The notes beneath the pieces were generated by a model. The model was not told the DNA's origin, searched no databases, and saw nothing but the letters and a program-made list of their open reading frames with translations. Shown here in pieces: positions 32,153 to 41,449 of a DNA stretch of 64,000 nucleotides. How positions within the stretch are numbered: the stretch's first letter is position 1; each line of letters starts with the position of its first letter. This stretch comes from an uncultured Gemmatimonadales bacterium (GTDB lineage: Bacteria > Gemmatimonadota > Gemmatimonadetes > Gemmatimonadales > Gemmatimonadaceae), in contig CAWBZV010000009.1 in the NCBI GenBank assembly GCA_963793305.1, positions 1 to 64,000 of the forward strand, given 5' to 3'. The translations under genes and the position numbers were made by a program.

Positions 32153-32647
32153 ATGGATGTACGAGCGGCCTGTCGCGACGATCTCCCGCGGCTGACGGAG
32201 ATCTACAACCATTATGTCCTGACGACGCCGGTCACGTTCGACGTCGAGCCGTACACGGTCGAACGGCGCGTGCCGTGGTTCGAGCAATTCGCGACGACCG
32301 GCCGCTATCGGCTCTTCGTCGCCACCACCGATTCCCGCATTGTCGGCTACGCCGGCACGACGCGATTTCGTCCGAAACCGGCGTATGAGACGACCGTCGA
32401 GTCGACCATCTATTGCAGCCCCGAGTGCGTGGGCCAGGGGGTGGGCAAACTGCTTTATGGCACCCTCTTCGACGCGATCGCCGGCGAGGATGTCCATCGA
32501 GTCGTTGCTGGATACGCTCTGCCCAATCCCGCCACGGCGCGTCTCCATGAACAGTTCGGTTTCCGACCGGTGGGCGTGTTCACGGAGAACGGCCGCAAGT
32601 TCGGCCGTTACTGGGATGTTGCGTGGGTCGAGAAGTCGATACTCTAG
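32153..32647 (+). CDS. GNAT N-acetyltransferase (phosphinothricin AT/YncA-like)
   Basis: EIYNHYV, TFD, GQGVGKLL, LHEQFGF, GRKFGRYWDV. Confidence 0.9.
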   Translation: MDVRAACRDDLPRLTEIYNHYVLTTPVTFDVEPYTVERRVPWFEQFATTGRYRLFVATTDSRIVGYAGTTRFRPKPAYETTVESTIYCSPECVGQGVGKLLYGTLFDAIAGEDVHRVVAGYALPNPATARLHEQFGFRPVGVFTENGRKFGRYWDVAWVEKSIL

Positions 32648-32693
32648 CCCCCCTGCAAACGATCTTCGCGATGCCGGTGTCTGAGCGTTATCT

Positions 32694-33407
32694 ATGCGCC
32701 CTCTCATCGCGGCCCTCACCTGCTTTCAGCAGGCCATCACGCCAGGCGATCACTCCTTGCGCGTGGAACGGATCCATCTCGGAGTCGACACGATCGTTGT
32801 GCTCGCCAAGAAACCGCATGCGGACGAGCAGCTGCTCACCACGCTGGTTCGCCGGGTCGAGCGCGACGGTGACGTTGTGCGCATCGTGCAACGGTACGAG
32901 TCGCCCGATGGCGAGTGGGAGTACGATACCGTCGAGGTGTCGGCCCGAACGCTCGCGTTGCGCCGCAGCGTCGAAGTCGGCGCCACGACGACGCGCACGC
33001 TGCAATTCGATGGCACACGACTCACGGGGACATTCGTGTCAGAGGGCGCGCCGCCGACACCGATCGACGTGAGACCAGGGCCGTTTTTCCCGGAGGCCGC
33101 GACGGAGGCGTTGCTCGCGGCGTATCCAATCGCCGGAGGCTGGGTCGTGTTTCCCGAGATGAGTGCCACGAACCTCGCCGTGAGTCTCGCCAAGCTCAGC
33201 GTCGACAGCACGGCGTCGATCGTCACAGCCGACGGCTGGATCGACTGCTTTGTCGCGCATGGCCTGGGCCAAGAGACGCTCTGGGTCGCGCGCGGCGATG
33301 GCCGGCTCGTGCGCGAGCAATGGATCGAGCGCGACGGGACAGTGATGTGGAAACTGCCCCGTCGCGACGTGCCGTTCCGCCACGAAGGCTACGTGTCCGT
33401 CAAGTAA
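32694..33407 (+). CDS. Hypothetical exported protein
   Basis: Short signal-like N-terminus, beta-rich; fills the gap between genes. Confidence 0.65.
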   Translation: MRPLIAALTCFQQAITPGDHSLRVERIHLGVDTIVVLAKKPHADEQLLTTLVRRVERDGDVVRIVQRYESPDGEWEYDTVEVSARTLALRRSVEVGATTTRTLQFDGTRLTGTFVSEGAPPTPIDVRPGPFFPEAATEALLAAYPIAGGWVVFPEMSATNLAVSLAKLSVDSTASIVTADGWIDCFVAHGLGQETLWVARGDGRLVREQWIERDGTVMWKLPRRDVPFRHEGYVSVK

Positions 33408-34869
33408 CCGAGCACAGCGCCTCGGCCAAGGTTCGCATACCGGCAATGATGCGCGGCGGGTCCACGGCGGCGAACCCCAGCACCAGCCCGGCTTTGGCCG
33501 TCGGACCGTAGTAATAGTGTGATAGCGGCGCGACCTCGATGCCGCGCTCGAGTGCCGCGCGCGCCGCACCGGTGTCGTTCCGAACCGTGTTCAACTCGGC
33601 CGCGACGTGCAGCCCGGTATCGCTGTCACCAAACGTCAAACTATCGCCACAGAACCGAGCCGCAGCGCGGCGCAGCGCGTCATGCCGCTCGGAGTACAGG
33701 TGCCGCATCCGACGAACGTGTCTCGCGTAGTGACCCTCCGTGATGAAATCGGTGAGAACGACCTGATCGAGCGTCTGGGGATGGCAGTCGAACCGGGCGC
33801 GCGCGCCGATGAAGGGATCGACGAGCGACTCCGGCACGATCATGAATCCGAGGCGCAGCGCCGGGAAGATCGTCTTGCTGAATGATCCGACGTAGATGAC
33901 CGTGCCATCGTTGTCGAGTCCGAAGAGCGCTGGCATCGGCCGGCCCTGATAGCGGAACTCCCCGTCGTAATCGTCTTCGATGACCCACGCGCCCGCTCTC
34001 GCGGCCCATCGAAGCAGGGCGAGCCGCCGCGAGAGCGTGAGACAGACGCCGAGGGGGTGCTGGTGCGACGGCGCGACGAACGCGAGTCGCGCGGACGGCG
34101 CCATCCGCTCACCGGCCGCGACATTCAACCCTTGCGCATCGACGGGTACCGGAACGATCGATGCGCCCGCGGACGTGAGCGCGCTGCGCGCGCCGAAGTA
34201 GCCAGGCTCTTCGAGCCACGCCTGATCGCCGTGGTCGAGCAGCATGCGCGCTGCATAGGTGAGCGCGTGCTGCGCGCCGGCCATGATGAGCACTTGGTCC
34301 GGCGAACATTGGATCCCCCGCGTCACCGCGACGTGAGCGGCGATGGCTTCGCGCAACGGCCGATACCCGCCCGGCGTGCCGTAGTCGAGCAGCGTAATCG
34401 ACGTGTTTCGTCGTCGTCGTGCCGCGAGCCGGGCCCACACCGTCACCGGAAAGTGATCGAGCGCCGGGGTGCCGATGCGGAACGGCCGCGGTGCGCCGGC
34501 GACGCGTTCGACGACGCGCGGCGCATCCAGCAGCGCCGTCCCAATGCGGGAGAGCTTCGGCCGCGTTCGTCGTCGGGTCGGGCGATGTGGGTCATCGGGC
34601 AGCGTGCGCGCCACGAACGTGCCGGACGCACCTGCTGAGACAACGCAGCCCTCGGCCTGGAGCTGCCACAACGCGAACACGACGGTGGTTCGCGACACGC
34701 CGAGCTCGTCGGCCAGCGCCCGCGAAGATGGGAGACGTGCGCCGGGGCTCAACGAGCCCGCGAGAATCGCATCGCGGATGCCCGTGTAGATCTGCTGTTG
34801 CAGCGGCGTGTCGCCCTCTTGGTCGACGCGGAAGTACACCGTGGCGGACGAACGAGGATTTCTTCCCAT
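33400..34869 (-). CDS. MocR/PdxR family regulator (GntR HTH + PLP domain)
   Basis: [48 protein letters not shown]. Confidence 0.94.
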   Translation of the reverse strand: MGRNPRSSATVYFRVDQEGDTPLQQQIYTGIRDAILAGSLSPGARLPSSRALADELGVSRTTVVFALWQLQAEGCVVSAGASGTFVARTLPDDPHRPTRRRTRPKLSRIGTALLDAPRVVERVAGAPRPFRIGTPALDHFPVTVWARLAARRRRNTSITLLDYGTPGGYRPLREAIAAHVAVTRGIQCSPDQVLIMAGAQHALTYAARMLLDHGDQAWLEEPGYFGARSALTSAGASIVPVPVDAQGLNVAAGERMAPSARLAFVAPSHQHPLGVCLTLSRRLALLRWAARAGAWVIEDDYDGEFRYQGRPMPALFGLDNDGTVIYVGSFSKTIFPALRLGFMIVPESLVDPFIGARARFDCHPQTLDQVVLTDFITEGHYARHVRRMRHLYSERHDALRRAAARFCGDSLTFGDSDTGLHVAAELNTVRNDTGAARAALERGIEVAPLSHYYYGPTAKAGLVLGFAAVDPPRIIAGMRTLAEALCSVT

Positions 34870-34966
34870 GGGGGGATCATACCCCACGAACTCCGTAATT
34901 GGTACGACCGAGATCGAACAATTTGGCTCTCCCGGTAAGACCGCCCCGATCTAGCTTGAATCAGAT

Positions 34967-35527
34967 ATGACGCGGTTGTTGTTAATCGAAGACCGGCCAG
35001 GAATTGTCGACGCATTCCGGGCCGAGGGGCTGGTGCTCGTCCGTACATCGGACGACCGCGCAGGCCTGGCCTGCGTGCGTCCCACCGGCTCCGGTCTCCT
35101 GACCGTCGACCTCGCCTTGCCGGGTCACGCCGGCTACCGATGCGTGAACGCCCTGATCGGCGGCACGGCGGACATCCCGATTCTCGCCGTCACCGGATGC
35201 GAACCATCCCTGCATGCAGACGCACTCTCAGCGCGACTGCGAGCCCTGGTGCGCCGCGATCGCGCGATTCGATTGGATCACGTCGCCGGCTGGCCGTCGA
35301 CGCTGGGACTGTCCCCGCGTGAGTTCGATCGACTATTGACCATCGTGAGACGCTGCGGGCGTGTCACGATCGATCCCGACCGGCAATACCTGCTGACCGT
35401 GCGCGCGGCTGGGTTTCTTGTAGCGACCGGCGCCACGTCTGACTCCGCGACGTACTCGGACGCGTGGCATGCGACGCAGGTCGCGATCGCTCGCGACGCA
35501 ACGCTGGAACACAAGGCCATCGCATGA
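34967..35527 (+). CDS. Degenerate OmpR-like response regulator
   Basis: LLLIED, VDLALPG, PILAVT, LSARLRALVRR, LSPREF, LLTVRAAGF; internal segments missing. Confidence 0.6.
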   Translation: MTRLLLIEDRPGIVDAFRAEGLVLVRTSDDRAGLACVRPTGSGLLTVDLALPGHAGYRCVNALIGGTADIPILAVTGCEPSLHADALSARLRALVRRDRAIRLDHVAGWPSTLGLSPREFDRLLTIVRRCGRVTIDPDRQYLLTVRAAGFLVATGATSDSATYSDAWHATQVAIARDATLEHKAIA

Positions 35528-36312
35528 CGAGACAGCAATTCGGGCAGTGGTCGCTTGCCACGGGCATGATCGGGTTCGGCGTTCTCACGGCAATCACAGG
35601 CGACTTCGTCGCTCCGTGGGAAGCGGTGCCCGCATGGGTACCGGCGCGAGCGATCCTCGTGTACGCCTGTTGCGGCGTCATGATCGTGACGGGTGTGGGC
35701 TTGCTGATGTCGCGAACGGCGCCAGCGGCTGCGCGCATCTTGCTCGGCTATCTCATTCTCTGGCTGCTGCTGCTCAAGACCCCGAGTCTGTTCATCGCGC
35801 CACAGGCCGAAGTCAATTGGCTGGGCTGGGGCGAGATCGCCATCATGGTCGCCGGCGCGATGGCGGTCGATGCGAGATACAATGGCGGCCCGGGCAGACG
35901 CATCGCCCGCTATCTCTTCGGCATCGCGCTGCCGCCCATCGGCCTATCCCACTTCGTCTACATGAAGGACGTGAACGGGATGGTCCCAGGTTGGCTGCCG
36001 TATCACTCGGGCTGGGTCGGTCTGACGGGCGCAAGCCATATCGCGGCCGGACTCGGCGTGCTGTTCGGGGTCTACGCTCGCCTCGCCGCGATCCTCGAGG
36101 CCAGCATGATCACGATCTTCACGCTCCTCGTGTGGGTCCCTGGTCTCCCCCACACCTGGACGCCCGTGCTCATCTCCCTCGCGATCGGCAACGGCGCGTG
36201 GGCCGTCGTCGGTGACGCCGACCTCAGTGATCGATCACACCGGGAGTCGGAGCCGGTCCAGCCTCTGCCGCCGCGACGTGGCGATCAAAAATCACCTGCT
36301 GCTCCGGTGTGA
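35524..36312 (+). CDS. DoxX-like membrane protein
   Basis: ATGA coupling; VPAWVP, GLSHF, MVPGWLP, LTGASHIAAG; many TM helices. Confidence 0.75.
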   Translation: MTRQQFGQWSLATGMIGFGVLTAITGDFVAPWEAVPAWVPARAILVYACCGVMIVTGVGLLMSRTAPAAARILLGYLILWLLLLKTPSLFIAPQAEVNWLGWGEIAIMVAGAMAVDARYNGGPGRRIARYLFGIALPPIGLSHFVYMKDVNGMVPGWLPYHSGWVGLTGASHIAAGLGVLFGVYARLAAILEASMITIFTLLVWVPGLPHTWTPVLISLAIGNGAWAVVGDADLSDRSHRESEPVQPLPPRRGDQKSPAAPV

Positions 36313-36610
36313 GCACCCCGCGAATGTCGACGATCTCGCGCTGCACCACGTTCTCCATATCGTCCTGATTGTAGCGCGTCGGACGCCCCATGCTTCGGAG
36401 CTGCGTCCGGTACATCGTGCGGATCGAGTCGATCTGCGCGTGCTGATCGGATGTCTGCCTGATCCCCAGCAAGGGGTTCGGCGCCCGCAATAGCGCGGGC
36501 AGTGGGACCGTCTCGATGACCTCTTTCGGCGGGCCTGCAAAGGGGTTGCAGGCCAGGAGCCCTAAACCCAAGGCGCCGGACACAACGCTGACAAAAGTTC
36601 TCATGCTCAT
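36224..36610 (-). CDS. Lipoprotein, Spy/CpxP (LTXXQ)-like
   Basis: Lipobox LLAC; QTSDQHAQI and VLTPEQ motifs. Confidence 0.6.
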   Translation of the reverse strand: MSMRTFVSVVSGALGLGLLACNPFAGPPKEVIETVPLPALLRAPNPLLGIRQTSDQHAQIDSIRTMYRTQLRSMGRPTRYNQDDMENVVQREIVDIRGVLTPEQQVIFDRHVAAAEAGPAPTPGVIDH

Positions 36611-36631
36611 CAATACACCGTAATATAGAAT

Positions 36632-38053
36632 ATGACGTTTCAGCGCAAGCTGTTGCTCGGGTTCTCACTGATGGCGGTGCCGGCGCTGCTGATCGCGGCA
36701 GAGGCGATCCGGACCAATGGGCTCGAGCGCAACGCGCTGAACGCGCTCGGCGAGAATATGGCGCGGAACCGCTCCTACGGTGAGCTGGAAGCGGCCATGT
36801 CCGACCAAGCCGAGGTCGTGTGGCGCTATCTCACGGGTATGGATTCCACCGGGAAGCGGGAGTTTGCGCTCTCGGACAGCGTAATCGACTATTGGCACGC
36901 GCGATGGATCGCCGATCTCCCGGCCGATGAGCTTGGCCTGGCCGATACCGTCCATCTGATCCGGGTCCAGATCGGCGCCGTGGCCCGGCGCGTGTTCGCC
37001 GAGTACGACGCGGGACATCACCTCGCCGCGTATCAAATGGCGCAGCGGGACCTGCGCGATATCGTGATGCCCGCGCTGTCCGGCGTCAATCGCGAGGTCT
37101 ATCGGCGGACGCGCGAGTCGAGCGTGCGCGGGGCGTACTCCCAGCTCGCCGGCATTATCGGCAGCGAGCGCTGGGCGCTCCTCGGCATCCTGATCCTCTC
37201 GCTCGGCACCGGGCTCGTGGCCTCGTGGCTGATCGCCAACAGTCTGGCGCGGCCTATCCGGGAGTTGAGTCAGGCGATGGCCGTGGTCGGCACGGGGAAT
37301 CTCGACCATCCGATCGCCGCCACATCGAACGATGAGATCGGCGACCTGGCGAAGGCTCTGTCGGCCATGACGTCGACGCTCCGTCAGACGCAGTCCCGAT
37401 TGGTCCACTCCGAGCGCTTGGCATCCATCGGCGAGATGTCCGCCGCGGTCGCGCACGGGTTGCGTAATCCGCTCGCCAGTCTCCGCGCGGCGGCCCAACT
37501 GGGGTCGCGTCACGCCGAGGGTGCCTCGCGGGAGCACTTCGAAGTGATCATAGAAGAAGTCGATCGGCTGGACCGCCGTGTGAGCCATTTACTGAGCTTC
37601 TCGCGGCCCGCCCCATTTCATCCCTCGCCAGAGAGCGTGGCGACGCTGATCGATGACCTCCAACCGACGTTTGCTGAATTACTAAAGGATCATAGCGTCA
37701 CGCTCGAAGTCCACGCGCCAGCTACTTTGCGTCCCGTGCGCGTCGACCCCATGCAGATCGAACAGGCATTACTCGAAATTATTTCAAATGCGCTCGACGC
37801 GATGCCGAACGGGGGTCGACTACGTGTCGCCGCGCACGCGGCGCACGAAGGCGTAGAGATAGAGATTACCGACACGGGCGGCGGCATTCCCCAGAGCATT
37901 ATCGCGTCAGTCTGCGAGCCGTTCTTCACGACGCGCCCAGAGGGGACGGGTCTGGGCCTCGCCATTGCCAAACGCTACGTCGAACAAAATGGCGGTCGCT
38001 TGGGCGTCACGAGCGAGAACGGCGGAACGACGGTCCGCGTCTGGCTGCCATGA
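36632..38053 (+). CDS. Sensor histidine kinase (periplasmic helical domain, HAMP, HisKA, HATPase)
   Basis: Two TMs, DEIGDLA, AHGLRNPL, NALDAM, DTGGG, PFFTT, GTGLGL. Confidence 0.94.
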   Translation: MTFQRKLLLGFSLMAVPALLIAAEAIRTNGLERNALNALGENMARNRSYGELEAAMSDQAEVVWRYLTGMDSTGKREFALSDSVIDYWHARWIADLPADELGLADTVHLIRVQIGAVARRVFAEYDAGHHLAAYQMAQRDLRDIVMPALSGVNREVYRRTRESSVRGAYSQLAGIIGSERWALLGILILSLGTGLVASWLIANSLARPIRELSQAMAVVGTGNLDHPIAATSNDEIGDLAKALSAMTSTLRQTQSRLVHSERLASIGEMSAAVAHGLRNPLASLRAAAQLGSRHAEGASREHFEVIIEEVDRLDRRVSHLLSFSRPAPFHPSPESVATLIDDLQPTFAELLKDHSVTLEVHAPATLRPVRVDPMQIEQALLEIISNALDAMPNGGRLRVAAHAAHEGVEIEITDTGGGIPQSIIASVCEPFFTTRPEGTGLGLAIAKRYVEQNGGRLGVTSENGGTTVRVWLP

Positions 38054-39391
38054 ACGGCTCGACGGTCTTGATCGTTGACGACGAGCGCACACTCGCCCGA
38101 TCGATCAAAGCGTTCTTGACGGAATCCGGCTATAACGCCGAAGTCGCCGGAACGGCCGAGCAGGCGCTGGAGTTGCTCGAGCGACTGCGGCCGGATGTCA
38201 TCTTCCTCGAACGTCCGCCTGCCGGGGATGAGCGGCATCGAGCTGCTGCAGAAGATCCGTGAGTTCGACCCCGCGGTGCCCGTCGTGATCATGACGGCAT
38301 TCGGCACGATCGAGGGCGCGGTCGATGCCGTCAAGCGCGGCGCGTTCGACTATCTCAAGAAGCCCGTCGACCTCGACGAGCTCAAGCTCCTGGCCGACCG
38401 CGCGCGCCAGCACTCGTTGATGCGGCAGGAGCTGTCGTACTATCGCGCGCGCACGGCGCGTGAGGCGCCATTCGCGGGGATCGTCGGCGATTCGCCCGCG
38501 ATGCGCGCGGTGCTCGACCGGGCGCGCCAGGTCGCGGCGCTCGACGACGTGCCGCCGATTCTCATCACCGGCGAGACGGGCACCGGCAAAGGCCTCGTGG
38601 CCCGAAGCATTCACTCCTCCGGCCCCCGCGCCGCCAAGCCATTCATCGAGGTGAACTGCACCGCGCTGCCCGGCACGCTCATGGAGGCCGAGCTGTTCGG
38701 CCATGAGCGCGGCGCGTTTACGGATGCCAAAGAATCCAAGATCGGCTTGTTCGAAGCAGCGGAAGGCGGCTTTTTATTTCTTGACGAGATCGGCAACGTC
38801 GAGCTGTCATTGCAGGGGAAGCTGCTCCGCGCCATCGAAGAGCGCGTGGTGCGCCGCGTCGGTGGCGTGCGCGACCGCAAAGTCGATCTTCGCATTTTGA
38901 CGGCGACGAACCGCGATCTCGAGAAGGAGTCGCAGCAAGGGCGATTTCGCAAAGATCTCTACTTTCGGCTCGCCGTGATCGTGCTCCATCTCCCCGCGTT
39001 GCGTGAGCGCAGTGATGACGTGCTGCTCTTGGCCGAGGAGTTCTTGCGGCGCTTCAGCATCAAATACGGCCGCGAGGTACGGCGTATCGATCCGCCCGCG
39101 AGAGATGCGCTCCTGGCGTATTCCTGGCCAGGAAACGTGCGGGAGCTCAGTCACGTGATCGAGCGCGCCGTCTTATGGAGTCAGGGGCCGGCGCTCGACG
39201 CCGGCTCGTTGTCCTTGATTGAACCGGAGCCGGCTCGGAGCTCGGGATCCGATCTCATTCAGTGGGAGCGCTCGATGATCGAGCAGGCGCTGCGAGAGGC
39301 CGGTGGCAACCAGACCAAGGCCGCGCAGCGCCTGGGGATCAGTCGAGACACACTCCGCTATCGGATCAAGAAGTTCGGTATCGTTGGGTGA
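38050..39391 (+). CDS. Sigma54-dependent (NtrC-family) response regulator, +1 frameshift near 38210
   Basis: LIVDDE; removing one A gives IFLDVRLPG; GETGTGK, ELFGHERGAFTDA, FLDEIG, WPGNVREL, Fis HTH. Confidence 0.93.
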
Positions 39392-39419
39392 AATCACCCA
39401 ATTTGGGGGAAATGCCCCA
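39385..39419. promoter_or_regulatory. Tandem palindromic upstream activator sites
   Basis: TGGGTGAAATCACCCA (39385-400) and TGGGGGAAATGCCCCA (39404-19). Confidence 0.65.
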
Positions 39420-39461
39420 CCCAATGACCTCGTAAGTCGTTATATGGCAATGACTAGCGCG

Positions 39462-39477
39462 CGGCACGCTCAGTGCT
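39462..39477 (+). promoter_or_regulatory. Sigma54 -24/-12 promoter
   Basis: CGGCACG-CTCA-GTGCT; GG 39463-64 and GC 39475-76 separated by 10 nt. Confidence 0.8.
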
Positions 39478-39513
39478 TAGTATAGGGATGTCTACAACGC
39501 ACCTGGAGGGCAT

Positions 39514-39588
39514 ATGACCTGGACGAAGCCTGAGTTCGAAGTGGTCGAAGTGACCATGGAAGTCACCGCGTACGTGGCTCGGCGCTAA
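39514..39588 (+). CDS. pqqA: PqqA-like precursor peptide (24 aa)
   Basis: MTWTKPEFEVVEVTMEVTAYVARR; WxKP leader, E-x-x-x-Y core (EVTAY); GGAGG RBS at 39505. Confidence 0.9.
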   Translation: MTWTKPEFEVVEVTMEVTAYVARR

Positions 39589-39602
39589 CCGCCAGCCGTT
39601 CG

Positions 39603-39646
39603 AGCAAAGGGACCCGCCGCGAGCGACGGGTCCCTTGCTTTTTTTT
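39603..39646 (+). terminator. Intrinsic terminator after pqqA
   Basis: AAGGGACCCG/CGGGTCCCTT stem followed by a T run. Confidence 0.88.
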
Positions 39647-39648
39647 GC

Positions 39649-39759
39649 ATGAAGAAACGCCAGCCTCCGCCAAAAAAGCCGCCGAAGCTGCAGCCGGTGC
39701 GCCGGGTCGTGACCAAGCCGCGTGCGACTTCGGCGAAAGGCGGCCGCCGCGGTAACTAA
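39649..39759 (+). CDS. Possible small basic Pro/Lys/Arg-rich protein (36 aa)
   Basis: MKKRQPPPKKPPKLQPVRRVVTKPRATSAKGGRRGN; stop overlaps the convergent gene stop; no RBS. Confidence 0.35.
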   Translation: MKKRQPPPKKPPKLQPVRRVVTKPRATSAKGGRRGN

Positions 39760-40100
39760 GCCGCGTAGTACGCCTCGATCCCCCAGCGCACGACATCGTC
39801 CGTCAACGACCGCGCCGCACCGACGTCGAGCTTCTCGGCGTCCGCGTCGAGGACGAGTCCCTTGAGTAGCATCAGCACCTTTTCTGGTGGCATGCCTTTG
39901 GCGCGCTCCAGTCCCGCGATGGCGGAGACGGTATCGCGCAATCGGTCGCGCAGGAGCTGTTCGTCGCCGATCAATGCGTCCGTCCAGACGACTCGCTCGC
40001 GCCGTACCCTGTGCTCTTTGGCCTCGCCAATGGCCTGCACCGCGCGATGAAGCAGAACGGACGCTTCGCGCACCAGCGGTGAGCTGACTTCGTCTTGCAC
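39756..40100 (-). CDS. Small helical hypothetical protein
   Basis: GTG with GGAGGTG RBS; GMPPEKVLMLLK...VVRWGIEAYYAA. Confidence 0.75.
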   Translation of the reverse strand: MQDEVSSPLVREASVLLHRAVQAIGEAKEHRVRRERVVWTDALIGDEQLLRDRLRDTVSAIAGLERAKGMPPEKVLMLLKGLVLDADAEKLDVGAARSLTDDVVRWGIEAYYAA

Positions 40101-40152
40101 TGCGTCACCTCCGCCGGAGGGGCTGCCAATATCCCACCCGGCGGTGGTGCGG

Positions 40153-41427
40153 TCAAGGGAAAGGTTGAGGCCGCGGCCACGGCCATGGCCACGGATCGAC
40201 ATGGTCGCCGGCGAGCGCGCGCACGACCGCGCGACGGACCTCGGGGTCGGTCGAGTGGAGGAACTCGCCGAGCGTTTGCTCCGCGTGAGCGCCCGAGTGG
40301 ACGATCGCGCGGATCAACGCTTTCCTGACTTCGGTCGATTGCTCTTGGCGCAGCGCCGCCTCGATGGCCGGCGCGGTCTGCGGGTCCTCGATCTGTGAGA
40401 GCGCCCACGCGGCCTTGAGGCGCACGTCGGCGTCGCCATCCTTGAGCGCGTTCACGAGGCCCGCCGGCGCAGGGTGCGGCTCGATCTGTCCGAGTGCCCA
40501 CGCGGCGGTCCCGCGCACGCGCGCCGTGTGATCGCTGCTCACCGCTTGCCCGAGCGCGGCGCTCGCCGACGCGTCTCCGATCTGGCCAAGTGCCCACGCC
40601 GCGGTTTCTCTCGTTTTGTCATCCGCATCGTCGCGCAGGACCTTCGCGAGTGCGTTCACCGCGCTGTGCGACTCGTGCTGGCCGAGCGCCCACACGATCT
40701 GCTCTCTCACGTCGGCGTCACGCTCCTGCGCCAGCGCGTCCGTCAAGTCGCCGTCGGCATTCTGTGTGTCGAGCTGTCCGAGCGCCCATGCCGCCGCTCT
40801 CCGAACACTCGCGACAGGGTCATGCCGCAGTAACCCAACCAGCGCCGGAACGATCGACACGGAGTCCATATGCCCCACGGCGACCGTGGCTGCCTCTCGG
40901 ACCCGCGCATCGTCATCGTGCAACGTGCCAGCGAGCGAAGCGAGCGCGCGTCCTTCGCCGATGCGCCCGAGCGCCCATGCCGCGTTGGTGCGAACGCCGG
41001 CATCGCGATCTTTGAGCGCGTGAGCCAGCGGGTCGATCGCGTGCTCGGATTCCACCAATCCCAGTCCGTACGCGGCGATCTGCCGCATGCCCACAGCGTT
41101 CGATCCGAGCCGGTCGGTGAGTGCGGTCGCTGCCGCCGGCTCGTCGCTTTTGTCCGTGCGGCCGATCAACCGGACGGACATCTCACGGACACATGGGTCG
41201 TCGCTCGCCAGACTGTCGACGAGCATGTGCACGGCATCAGCGCCGACGTGCTCGATCACCCATTGGTTTGGCTGCGCGCCGAGTGGTGTGACCGGGCCGC
41301 CGGTGCCGGAGCGCCAGCCCCAGTGATCGCCGATGGCGTCCGCGGCGTAGGCGCAGATGGCGGGCGGTGCTCCATGGGCGGCGCCCAGGATCGACGCCAC
41401 GACGGCTAGCTGGTGAAAAATCAGCAT
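40153..41427 (-). CDS. Secreted HEAT-repeat protein
   Basis: Signal peptide from ATG 41427; repeated DxxVRxxAAWALGQ; tail WPWPWPRPQPFP. Confidence 0.88.
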   Translation of the reverse strand: MLIFHQLAVVASILGAAHGAPPAICAYAADAIGDHWGWRSGTGGPVTPLGAQPNQWVIEHVGADAVHMLVDSLASDDPCVREMSVRLIGRTDKSDEPAAATALTDRLGSNAVGMRQIAAYGLGLVESEHAIDPLAHALKDRDAGVRTNAAWALGRIGEGRALASLAGTLHDDDARVREAATVAVGHMDSVSIVPALVGLLRHDPVASVRRAAAWALGQLDTQNADGDLTDALAQERDADVREQIVWALGQHESHSAVNALAKVLRDDADDKTRETAAWALGQIGDASASAALGQAVSSDHTARVRGTAAWALGQIEPHPAPAGLVNALKDGDADVRLKAAWALSQIEDPQTAPAIEAALRQEQSTEVRKALIRAIVHSGAHAEQTLGEFLHSTDPEVRRAVVRALAGDHVDPWPWPWPRPQPFP

Positions 41428-41449
41428 TGGCGGGGTTTTTAAAAAAGGG

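Noticed and set aside
39445..39460. Second sigma54-like site TGGCAATGACTAGCGC
   Set aside because: GG-GC spacing is not 10 nt; the site at 39462 fits. The adjacent TAAGTCGTTATAT is only a weak IHF-like match.
41428..41449. TTTTTAAAAAA run between the M56 and HEAT genes
   Set aside because: No GC stem for a terminator; probably an unstructured translation-initiation region
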